Positions 17,214-25,118 of a DNA stretch of 64,000 nt are shown piece after piece (position 1 is the first letter of the stretch; every line of letters starts with the position of its first letter). The notes beneath the pieces were generated by a model. It saw only the letters and a list, made by a program, of their open reading frames with translations. It had not been told where the DNA came from and searched no databases. The position numbers were made by a program, and so were the translations under genes. This DNA is from an uncultured Syntrophaceae bacterium (GTDB lineage: Bacteria; Desulfobacterota; Syntrophia; Syntrophales; UBA2192), in assembly GCA_964628025.1 (NCBI GenBank), contig CAZVLL010000005.1, forward strand, positions 667-64,666. Reading direction: 5' to 3'.

Positions 17214-17972
17214 ATGAAACGCGACAAATGGATTCTTGTACTGCTGTCGATAATGCTTTCCGTTCTGCTCTGCGCCCACGTCTCGATGGCGGCGGGGCTT
17301 TTCGGCGACGATGAGGACGCCGTCGTCGACGATTCCGGGACGAGCAAGAAGCTGAAAAACCTGAAGCGGCAAGCGGGACCCAAGCCCGTCGTTGCCATTT
17401 ATGATTTCAGGAGCACGGTCCCTGACGTCCCCACGGCATCGGCACTGGACATGTTTGTCACAGCCCTGGTGAAATCGGGGGCATTCACCGTCGCAGAGCG
17501 TCAGAGAATACAGGAGGGCGTCTCCAAGGAACGGCAATTCCAGGCATCCGGTGCTGCAACCGGACGGGCCGCCAACACCAAGTTTGCAGGCGCCCAGTAC
17601 ATTTTTGAAGCTGCGGTGACCGAAGGCAATCCCAACGAAAAGCAATCGGAAGGAAACATCAGCGTCGGGGGAATGGAGATGGGGCGCGCCGGGGTTACCG
17701 ATTCGATTGGTCTTGACGTACGGATCATCAGCGCCGAGACGGGCCTGGTGATCGACTCCGTGAATGTTCGCAAGAAAATCGAGGCGGCCCAGGGAGGCGT
17801 TTCCGGTATCGGAAAACTGGCCCAGAGTGTCGCGGGCCTTTACAAGAAATCCGTGCCGCTCAATCCCGATGCGAATGTGAAAATTGCCAGGAAGGAAAGC
17901 GTCGACAAGGCCCTGAGATCCTGCATCGAAGCGGCTGTTCTGGAACTGGCGAAGAGGCTTTCTGAGGATTGA
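17214..17972 (+). CDS. CsgG/HfaB-family outer-membrane secretion channel-like protein
   Basis: ATG at 17214 follows GGAGG. It is collinear with E. coli CsgG as recalled: VAIYDFRS..., ALDMFVTALVKSGAFTVAERQ, AQYIFEAAVTEGN, IGLDVRIISAETGLVIDSVNV. A signal peptide is present. Confidence 0.7.
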   Translation: MKRDKWILVLLSIMLSVLLCAHVSMAAGLFGDDEDAVVDDSGTSKKLKNLKRQAGPKPVVAIYDFRSTVPDVPTASALDMFVTALVKSGAFTVAERQRIQEGVSKERQFQASGAATGRAANTKFAGAQYIFEAAVTEGNPNEKQSEGNISVGGMEMGRAGVTDSIGLDVRIISAETGLVIDSVNVRKKIEAAQGGVSGIGKLAQSVAGLYKKSVPLNPDANVKIARKESVDKALRSCIEAAVLELAKRLSED

Positions 17973-17974
17973 GC

Positions 17975-18607
17975 ATGAAACACAAAAGGGCGAATCCGTT
18001 CCTCATCCTTTTTTTCATGGTTGCTGCTGGTGTGATGTGTCCGGATGCGGCGCTTTGTCATGAGAAAGACATCATCCCTGCTTATGTGATGTATGCCGAC
18101 GATTATCCGCTTCATGTCAGTTTTTTCTTTGAGGGTGGAAGCCCGATCGAGCGAATGACAGGCAGAAGGGAAAAGTGGTACGCCCTGTATGAATCCTCTC
18201 TACGTCCCGGGTATTATCGGATCATGTTAAAGCACGGCGGCGAGCCGTCCAGTGTGAGGCTGTACGTGCTGGAAAGCGAACCATCGGAGCGGTTCAATGC
18301 CAGGCTGGAGCTTCCCCTGGAACGGGTTACGTTTTATGACAATTCTCGTCGCAACTATCACCTGTATCAGTCGAATATCGGCATTGCAGGTGATTTCAAA
18401 AGGACGAACATCCATTTCATATTGGAGTGGACGCCGCCTCCGGGAAGACATGAACCGATCCAGGCATCGTTTCAGATCATAACTCTATCCCATACGGAGG
18501 ACAACAACCGGCAATCTTCGTCATTTTTTTCCGATAAGTGGACGGTGCGCAGTCCCCTGGAAAGCCAGAACCGCCGGGGACCGATCATATTGCCCAACTC
18601 GAAATAG
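17975..18607 (+). CDS. secreted hypothetical protein
   Basis: ATG at 17975 lies 2 nt after the csgG-like stop. Signal peptide is MKHKRANPFLILFFMVAAGVMCPDAALC. No family was recognised. Confidence 0.55.
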   Translation: MKHKRANPFLILFFMVAAGVMCPDAALCHEKDIIPAYVMYADDYPLHVSFFFEGGSPIERMTGRREKWYALYESSLRPGYYRIMLKHGGEPSSVRLYVLESEPSERFNARLELPLERVTFYDNSRRNYHLYQSNIGIAGDFKRTNIHFILEWTPPPGRHEPIQASFQIITLSHTEDNNRQSSSFFSDKWTVRSPLESQNRRGPIILPNSK

Positions 18608-18684
18608 CCCGGATAGTCAATTCATCTCCATCAGCGGGGCGGGAGATTCTGCCGGATGTTCCTAAGCGATGGTCCGAGTCGACC

Positions 18685-19194
18685 ATGAACACCGATAACG
18701 GGTGTAAGAGAGGTAATCCATGCCACGGGTGCCCTGCGCCGTGTTGCCAGGTTCAGCTCCATCACTACCAGGCCCCTGCCACCTTGAAGGATCTTGACAT
18801 GGCAAGATACCGGCTCCTCTATCCAAAAACGGAATTCGTCTTTTGCGATACGGGGGACTGGTATCTGCTCCACTGGAAAACATGCTCCTTTTTTCTACGA
18901 GAAACATGTGCTTGTTCCGTGCACAGTTCTTCCCAGAAACCACAGATATGTGACTCTTTCAATCAAGACGATTGCTGGTTTAAACAGAATTTTATCGAAG
19001 CCCCCGAAAAGACCGTCATCCGGATTGATCTCCTGCGTTTCGAGCGTTTGCTGCAAGAGGTAAGACAGACGGAATCGGGGGGAAATGTTCTATTGCCGCC
19101 TTTCGAAGAATCACGCCGCATCGTCTCAGGAATTCCAGTTTCACCTGCCTTTTCCCCCGTCTACCCTGAGGCGGAAGCGGCCCTCGATGCATGA
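18685..19194 (+). CDS. cytoplasmic Cys-cluster protein (YkgJ/CxxCxxCC-like zinc- or iron-chelating domain)
   Basis: The internal ATG at 18685 (MNTDNGCKRGNPCHGCPAPCCQ...) is preferred over the track start at 18538. It is Cys-rich (CHGCPAPCC, CSFFLRETCACS, CDSFNQDDC). Confidence 0.45.
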   Translation: MNTDNGCKRGNPCHGCPAPCCQVQLHHYQAPATLKDLDMARYRLLYPKTEFVFCDTGDWYLLHWKTCSFFLRETCACSVHSSSQKPQICDSFNQDDCWFKQNFIEAPEKTVIRIDLLRFERLLQEVRQTESGGNVLLPPFEESRRIVSGIPVSPAFSPVYPEAEAALDA

Positions 19195-19664
19195 ATCAAC
19201 AAAGGAGGAAGATCATGGCTCTCGTTCGAAGAAGTGTTCACTATACCGTATGGATCGCAGGGTTTCTCGTATCCATGGTGTTTAGCTGGTTTGGATGGTC
19301 TGTCCCCCCATTTGCCGAGGCAGCCAGGATAAAAGCCCCGCGCGTATTTACCTCAGACCAGGCCCTGCAACAGAGCATCCCTTTCACGAAGCAGTTGAAT
19401 GAAGAGACGTCGCGGAGGTTGCTGGCGGATGCCGCCACTGCGCCCAAACCGGACACCTATCAAGGGCAGGTTCCCGTATCCCAGCCGAGACAAGCCTTCA
19501 AGCTGGAGGACAAAAAGGAACTGAAACCATCCCGGTTGCCTGATAAGGAAACGTCTCAACCCAAGCAAGCGTTGAAACTGGAATCCGTCGCCCCCTCAAG
19601 CATGCCGTCGAAAAAGGCGCCACAGACCACACAGCCCCTGCAGACCATGACGAAGACGGATTAG
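19191..19664 (+). CDS. membrane-anchored or secreted hypothetical protein with an internal SQP[RK]QA[FL]KLE repeat
   Basis: 157 aa. Its start overlaps the previous stop (ATGA). It has one hydrophobic segment (VWIAGFLVSMVFSWFGW) and a K/P/Q/S-rich tail. Confidence 0.5.
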   Translation: MNQQRRKIMALVRRSVHYTVWIAGFLVSMVFSWFGWSVPPFAEAARIKAPRVFTSDQALQQSIPFTKQLNEETSRRLLADAATAPKPDTYQGQVPVSQPRQAFKLEDKKELKPSRLPDKETSQPKQALKLESVAPSSMPSKKAPQTTQPLQTMTKTD

Positions 19665-19750
19665 GCACGTGCCGGATCCGGAGATCTTCCGCCCATGATG
19701 ACAAGGAAATGCATGGATCTCTCTCGTGAATGGGAATCAGAGGTGTGGGA

Positions 19751-20515
19751 ATGAATCAACCCCAGGATCCACGCATCTATCTTCTCGGTTCCGGTATCTT
19801 CAGTTTCTACGACTTGACCCTGTACACCCAGCATTTGCTTCAAGAGTGCAAATCCGTTTTTTACCTGCACGATCTTCCGTCCCTTGAGCGGCATATCACC
19901 CGACTCAAACCGGATGCGGTCAACCTGATGCCGCTCTACTATATCGACGGCAGGAACAGGACAACGATTTATTCGGATATCACAAAACACATCCTCCAGA
20001 GTGCCCGGGAAAATCCACCGGTGGCCTTTTTGATGCATGGCCATCCACTGGTCTTTTCCTCCATTTCTCAACTGATTATCGAGGAAGGAGAGAAATCGGG
20101 CATACCTGTTGAAGTGGTTCCAGCTGTTTCTTCCCTGGACCGAATGTTTGTGGATCTGAATCTGGATATTGCTGACAGGGGAATTCAGATTTTTCACACA
20201 TCCATGGCCATTGCGAATCATCTGACATTGAATCCCCATGTCGACAGCCTCTTTTTGCAGATCGGGTCCGTCGGCGACAACACGGCAAGGCGCAACGAAA
20301 CAGTCTCTCTTGAAGGTGTCCGCTCCTTCAGTCAGTATCTGCTCGATTTCTATCCGGGCCATCATGATGTCATCGTCATAGAATGTGCGATTGAACTGGG
20401 GTTTGAGAGCAGACTCACAGAGATAACGATCGACCGTCTGCCGGAGGCGGCCCTGGCGTTCAATTACAATGCCAGTGCATACGTACCTGCTCTTTCGAAG
20501 TCATTTTCACCATAA
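19751..20515 (+). CDS. borosin-type (OphMA-like) peptide alpha-N-methyltransferase, TP_methylase superfamily, stand-alone (split) form
   Basis: It is collinear with the fungal OphMA methyltransferase domain as recalled from memory. Matching segments are IYLLGSGI / IVGTGI, SVFY / KVFY, LYYIDGRNRTTIY / YYDNGKSRLNTY, HGHPLVF / YGHPGVF, VPAVSSLDRMFVDLNLD / LPGVSAEDCLFADLCID, LFLQIGSVG / LVLFQVGCVG and AYVPA / FYIPP. Confidence 0.6.
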   Translation: MNQPQDPRIYLLGSGIFSFYDLTLYTQHLLQECKSVFYLHDLPSLERHITRLKPDAVNLMPLYYIDGRNRTTIYSDITKHILQSARENPPVAFLMHGHPLVFSSISQLIIEEGEKSGIPVEVVPAVSSLDRMFVDLNLDIADRGIQIFHTSMAIANHLTLNPHVDSLFLQIGSVGDNTARRNETVSLEGVRSFSQYLLDFYPGHHDVIVIECAIELGFESRLTEITIDRLPEAALAFNYNASAYVPALSKSFSP

Positions 20516-20648
20516 AAGCGACAAGAATGGCCGTACCGAATATAAAATCGTTTTTCAATCACTGCCAACACAAAGACGAACAGCAGACATGGAAAAATTG
20601 GCAGTGATCTACACGATTATTTTTTATCAGAAACAGGGAGGGAATGTG

Positions 20649-22076
20649 ATGGCTCTGAACACGAGACGATTACAGACAGTACTGATGGGAATGGCGATGC
20701 TTCTTTTTATTTGCGTGGGCATGATGCCGTCGCCTGCCGAATCAGCGGAGACCGGAACGTTTCCCGGCGGGCCTGACAATGCTGCAACTCTCCTTGCGCA
20801 ATTGCAGACCTCACCCGTGAGGCCGGTTGTCCCGTCTGTTCCCAAAACGGCCATCCAACAAAAGGCGAATCTGACGTGTCCGTCCGGGGCGCCGATTTCC
20901 TCCTCCACCGCGGGGTGCCTTAAGGTCGTCTGGTCCAAGAAGATCTGCAATGAAGACGGCAGGCAGTCGGTTCAGTTTTCACCGAACAATATGGACGTTG
21001 ACTGGCAGGGAGGGCGGATATTCGCCGGGTCGTACGAAACGAACAGGGATTATGGAACCGCCCTTCAACGATTGCGCGCGTTTCGTTTCTCCGATGGAGC
21101 ACAGATATGGGAAAAACGCAATACAAGCAAAACCATAATTTATTTCGGGGCCCTGGCCTATACCAATGGACGGATCTTCAACAGCTGGACCGGGCTCGAC
21201 GCCTTCAACGCCAATGACGGCTCACTCTTGTGGCAAGCCCCCCCATTCATCGGGGGCGGCGGCTACAGCAATGCCTGGATAATCGCCAAGAATCAGAATC
21301 TTTACGCGAATCCGACCATTTTCGATAAATCTACTGGCCAATCCCTCCAATATCTCCAGGTCCTCGATCAGGCAACCGGTACGGAACGCTTGCGATATAA
21401 AACGGGCTGGTTATATAGCCAGCCACTGATCATCGGCAATGCTGCCTATGCCAACATGGGGATTAGCGGCATGGTCTTCCTGGATCTGGGGAAGCCTGCA
21501 TTGATGTGGAGTATCGCGCCTTCCGGTCTGTCCAAGACCTCTAAAGGTTTCTACAACAATCAGGTTTACCTGGGAGTCGGCAGTGAAATCTTTGCCGTGG
21601 ACAGCGCCACCGGGAAGATTACGCAACGATATGCCCTGCCAAAATGTGTAACATACACGAACAATCCCGGGCAACAATACTGCTTCAACTACGCGAAAGG
21701 TGTCCTCTCGCCATTCACCTTATCCATCGACCGGGCTGTTTTCATTAACAGCAGCGGTGATCTTCAGGCCCTCAATCTCCAGACCGGATCCCTTCTCTGG
21801 AGTACCTTAGCCGGTGGTTCCACGACAATCTATGAGAATATCGCTCCAGCGGTTGTCAACGGGGTCGTCATCACATCTTCCTGGAAAACTACCTACAATG
21901 CGAGTAATCTCAGTGTAAACACCTATGGCGTGAATGTCTATGATGTCACCAGCGGTCAAGAGCTGGCCAGCGTGCCCACCGGCACTTTGATGGTTCTTGA
22001 TATTAAAGTGGCCCCCGACGGTTCCGCCATCGTGGTTCGAACACCGGAAGATCTCATATTCCTGGCAACACGTTAA
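20649..22076 (+). CDS. secreted PQQ-like (BamB-like) beta-propeller repeat protein
   Basis: ATG at 20649 follows GGGAGGG. It has a signal peptide (LMGMAMLLFICVGMMPSPAESA) and repeated ...DG(S/A)xxW... blades (SDGAQIWEK, NDGSLLWQAP, TGSLLWST). Confidence 0.7.
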   Translation: MALNTRRLQTVLMGMAMLLFICVGMMPSPAESAETGTFPGGPDNAATLLAQLQTSPVRPVVPSVPKTAIQQKANLTCPSGAPISSSTAGCLKVVWSKKICNEDGRQSVQFSPNNMDVDWQGGRIFAGSYETNRDYGTALQRLRAFRFSDGAQIWEKRNTSKTIIYFGALAYTNGRIFNSWTGLDAFNANDGSLLWQAPPFIGGGGYSNAWIIAKNQNLYANPTIFDKSTGQSLQYLQVLDQATGTERLRYKTGWLYSQPLIIGNAAYANMGISGMVFLDLGKPALMWSIAPSGLSKTSKGFYNNQVYLGVGSEIFAVDSATGKITQRYALPKCVTYTNNPGQQYCFNYAKGVLSPFTLSIDRAVFINSSGDLQALNLQTGSLLWSTLAGGSTTIYENIAPAVVNGVVITSSWKTTYNASNLSVNTYGVNVYDVTSGQELASVPTGTLMVLDIKVAPDGSAIVVRTPEDLIFLATR

Positions 22077-22107
22077 CCTTTCGCGCGAAAAAGCAATTCC
22101 ATCAATA

Positions 22108-22140
22108 AAGGCAGGGTCGATTCGATCCTGCCTTTTCTTT
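22108..22140. terminator. intrinsic terminator between convergent genes
   Basis: The stem AAGGCAGG...CCTGCCTT is followed by TTTCTTTT. Confidence 0.6.
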
Positions 22141-22141
22141 T

Positions 22142-23017
22142 CTATTCACGTTCCTCTTTCACGGGGATCCGCGACTCGCAGGGAACTCCTGTCTGGCAAA
22201 GTCCGCAGGCATATCCCTGGAATCCATAGTGCTCGACGATATACTGCTTGCAGGTCTCGTGAACGTGCTTCGAGCAGGTGATCTTGTCGTGCCCTTTTTC
22301 CGAAAGCGCTCCCACGGGGCAGCGTTCCGCGCACTTTTTGCAGATTCCCTGGCTGAACCAGAGGCAGTAGTCCTGGTGCCCCTTGTACGGCCTCGGTGTT
22401 GCGGGGACCTCCGTCTCGGCGACAACGGACCCCACCCGCATAGCCTTTCCCCGGGAAGTGATGAGCCCGTCGGAAAGCCCGAAGGTCCCCAGCCCCGAGA
22501 CAAAGGCCGCGTGGCGCTCGGACCACTTGGAGGCGAAGACGAACTTATCCGACGCCATCCGTGACCACTCGGGCAGGAGCACCGGTGCTGTTGCCGGGAT
22601 GCCCGCCTTCCTCAGTTCCTCCAGCATGTACCTTCGGAGCTTCTCGTTCACCGTCTCGCCGAAAAACCGCGCCCTGGCCCAGCTTTCCGGCGGGTACGTC
22701 TTTTCCTTCCGTGTCTCCGCTTTCGTTTTTCTCATCTGGGGAAGAACCCAGCTGATCACGGTGAGTCTCGACGCCGAAACCCGGCTGCCCGGATAGGCCT
22801 TCTCGAAGGCCTCCTCCGGGGTCCAGTGGAAAGGACCCACGTGCTCCCGGAAGGATTCCCAGTAGGCGTCATCGCCCCGGGAAAAACCGACGAGCGGGTC
22901 GTCCCAGGCCCTGTCATTCGCTGCGTTCCCGAGGGTGTTCTCCGGTGAGGTGTTGACCCACTCGCGTATAATACCGGTCACCCATTCTGATGAGTCTTTT
23001 GGGTTCTTGGTTGTCAT
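22142..23017 (-). CDS. 4Fe-4S protein of the epoxyqueuosine reductase/reductive dehalogenase superfamily
   Basis: 291 aa. SERHAAFVSGLGTFGLS...RVGSVV is followed by two ferredoxin-type Cys clusters (CKKCAERCPVGA, CGLCQTGVPC). Confidence 0.55.
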   Translation of the reverse strand: MTTKNPKDSSEWVTGIIREWVNTSPENTLGNAANDRAWDDPLVGFSRGDDAYWESFREHVGPFHWTPEEAFEKAYPGSRVSASRLTVISWVLPQMRKTKAETRKEKTYPPESWARARFFGETVNEKLRRYMLEELRKAGIPATAPVLLPEWSRMASDKFVFASKWSERHAAFVSGLGTFGLSDGLITSRGKAMRVGSVVAETEVPATPRPYKGHQDYCLWFSQGICKKCAERCPVGALSEKGHDKITCSKHVHETCKQYIVEHYGFQGYACGLCQTGVPCESRIPVKEERE

Positions 23018-23122
23018 GGAGGTCTCCTTCAGTATTCGAGGGCCGCGGGTGGCAAGTAGAGAAAAATAAGTCCCTGCCGCCGAGATGACATCCCTTCCCT
23101 GCGACCTCTCACCTGTTGCCTT

Positions 23123-24193
23123 TCATGGTAATGGCGTTTCCGTGTATGCCACGTTGGCTTCTGATGACTTGTAGAGCGGCAGTTTCTTCCCTTGCTTCAC
23201 GTCCTCGACCCAGTTGGGGTTCAACAGCATCGACTTGGCCGAAAGCGCGATGTCGGCATCTTTCAGGGCGTCCTCGCAGGCGGCCCGGTCGTGGATCTGC
23301 CCGCAGACCATCAGCGGCAGCTTCGTCGCTTCCCGCGTAAGACCTGCCATGGTCTTTTCCGTTCCAAACGCCTTATCGGAATAGCGGTAGGTGGAAACGG
23401 AGACGGCATCGACGGGTTCCATAGATAGGAGTCGGATCATCTCCTGCCACTCCTCCCTGCTCTCGAAAAGGGAAACCTCCATGTCGGCGATGCCCCAGTT
23501 GGAGATGCGGAAGGTGATGAGGCGATCTTCCGGAACGACGGGACGAACGGCCCGGATGATATCGCGGGCAAAGCGGAACCGGTTTTCCACGGACCCACCG
23601 TATTCATCGGTCCTGTGGTTGGATGTCGCCGACAGAAATTGGGTGATGAGGTATCCGTGGGCGCCGTGAACTTCAACACCGTCGAAGCCCGCGGCCATGG
23701 CCCCCTTTGCCGTCTCGACGAACCCGTTGATGACGTGCTCGATGTCGAAACGGCTCATCTCGTCGGGAACAGGGTACGGTTTCCCCGTGAGGGGGTTTTT
23801 CTGTTTCGGGGCCAAGGCGCTTGGGGCAAGAATGCGACCGGCCGGATTCACCTCCGGCCAGGCAGCCCTCCCGCAGTGGAACAACTGCGCGATGGCGACG
23901 GCACCGGCATCCTGTATGGCCTTGACGACCGGTTTCCAGGCATCGAGCTGGCGCTGCGTGAGAAGCCTCCCCTGCCGGGGATAGCCCTGGGCGCTCTCAT
24001 AGTCCGTAACGATACCCTCCGTAAAGACGATGGCGGAGCCGTTCGCTGCCCGCCTGACGAGGAACTCCAGCACATCCTTTCGCGGGACACTGTCGCCCGG
24101 AGAGGACATGCGGGTCATGGCGGCCACACCGAGCCGGTTTTTGAGGCACCGGCTCTTCAACTGAAAGGCGGAAAAAACGACGTCGGGGATCAT
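23123..24193 (-). CDS. NADH:flavin oxidoreductase, Old Yellow Enzyme family
   Basis: 356 aa. FDGVEVHGAHGYLITQFLSATSNHRTDEYGGSVENRFRF is the canonical OYE active-site region. Confidence 0.85.
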   Translation of the reverse strand: MIPDVVFSAFQLKSRCLKNRLGVAAMTRMSSPGDSVPRKDVLEFLVRRAANGSAIVFTEGIVTDYESAQGYPRQGRLLTQRQLDAWKPVVKAIQDAGAVAIAQLFHCGRAAWPEVNPAGRILAPSALAPKQKNPLTGKPYPVPDEMSRFDIEHVINGFVETAKGAMAAGFDGVEVHGAHGYLITQFLSATSNHRTDEYGGSVENRFRFARDIIRAVRPVVPEDRLITFRISNWGIADMEVSLFESREEWQEMIRLLSMEPVDAVSVSTYRYSDKAFGTEKTMAGLTREATKLPLMVCGQIHDRAACEDALKDADIALSAKSMLLNPNWVEDVKQGKKLPLYKSSEANVAYTETPLP

Positions 24194-24416
24194 CGTGCAC
24201 CTCCACGCGGTTCTTGAATTGACGATAAATATATCAGGATCGCTCCCTTCGAGTCCACGGTTTTAGGATAACGGGCGATCGAATCCGGGAGAGGTGTGAC
24301 GCGATTGCGATTTAAGATTTGACACCGCTTCCGTTTGCGTGCATGAATTCACCTGACTCTTGCCCCTTCCAAGGGAAGAAATGCTGTGAAATTTTCAATT
24401 CCGGAGGTATGTCTCC

Positions 24417-24995
24417 ATGACAAGATCGATCAAGGGAACCAGGACAGAAAAAAATCTCCTTGCGGCCTTTTCAGGCGAGGCCCAGGCAAGGAACCGCTAT
24501 ACCTATTTCGCCGGTGCCGCGAAGAAGGAAGGCTTCGAGCAGATCGCTGCCATCTTCCTGGAGACGGCCGAAAACGAGAAAGAACATGCAAAAGTGTTTT
24601 TCAAGTACCTGGAGGGTGGCGACGTGGAGATCACGGCAGCCTACCCGGCCGGTGTGATCGGCGACACGAAGGCCAACCTCGAAGCTGCCGCCCGAGGCGA
24701 ATACCACGAATGGTCGACCCTGTATGCCGATTTCGAGAGAGGGGCCCGGGAGGAGGGTTTCCCGGAGATCGCCGGTTCCTTCCGCGAGATCGCCGAAGTG
24801 GAACAGATCCACGAAGCGCGGTATCGGAAACTGCTGGCCAACATCGTGAACGGAGAAGTCTTCCGGAAGAAATCGCCCGTCAAGTGGCACTGCCGAAACT
24901 GCGGCTACGTCCATGAAGGCGCCGAGGCACCCGAAACGTGCCCCGCCTGCAATCACCCGAAGGCCTATTACGAAATCCTTGCGGAGAATTACTAA
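24417..24995 (+). CDS. rbr: rubrerythrin
   Basis: 192 aa. TEKNLLAAFSGEAQARNRY...ENEKEHA...EVEQIHEARY is the diiron four-helix-bundle part. A C-terminal rubredoxin domain carries CRNCGY...CPACNHP. Confidence 0.9.
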   Translation: MTRSIKGTRTEKNLLAAFSGEAQARNRYTYFAGAAKKEGFEQIAAIFLETAENEKEHAKVFFKYLEGGDVEITAAYPAGVIGDTKANLEAAARGEYHEWSTLYADFERGAREEGFPEIAGSFREIAEVEQIHEARYRKLLANIVNGEVFRKKSPVKWHCRNCGYVHEGAEAPETCPACNHPKAYYEILAENY

Positions 24996-25118
24996 GCTCC
25001 GCAGCCCTTTACCTGCATTCTCTGATGTGTTAAAACAACAAGCATCGGACATCAGAATCAACACCGTTGCTAGAACCGTTCAGACAAAACCGCTTCTTGT
25101 GAAAGAAAGGGTGCCGAG

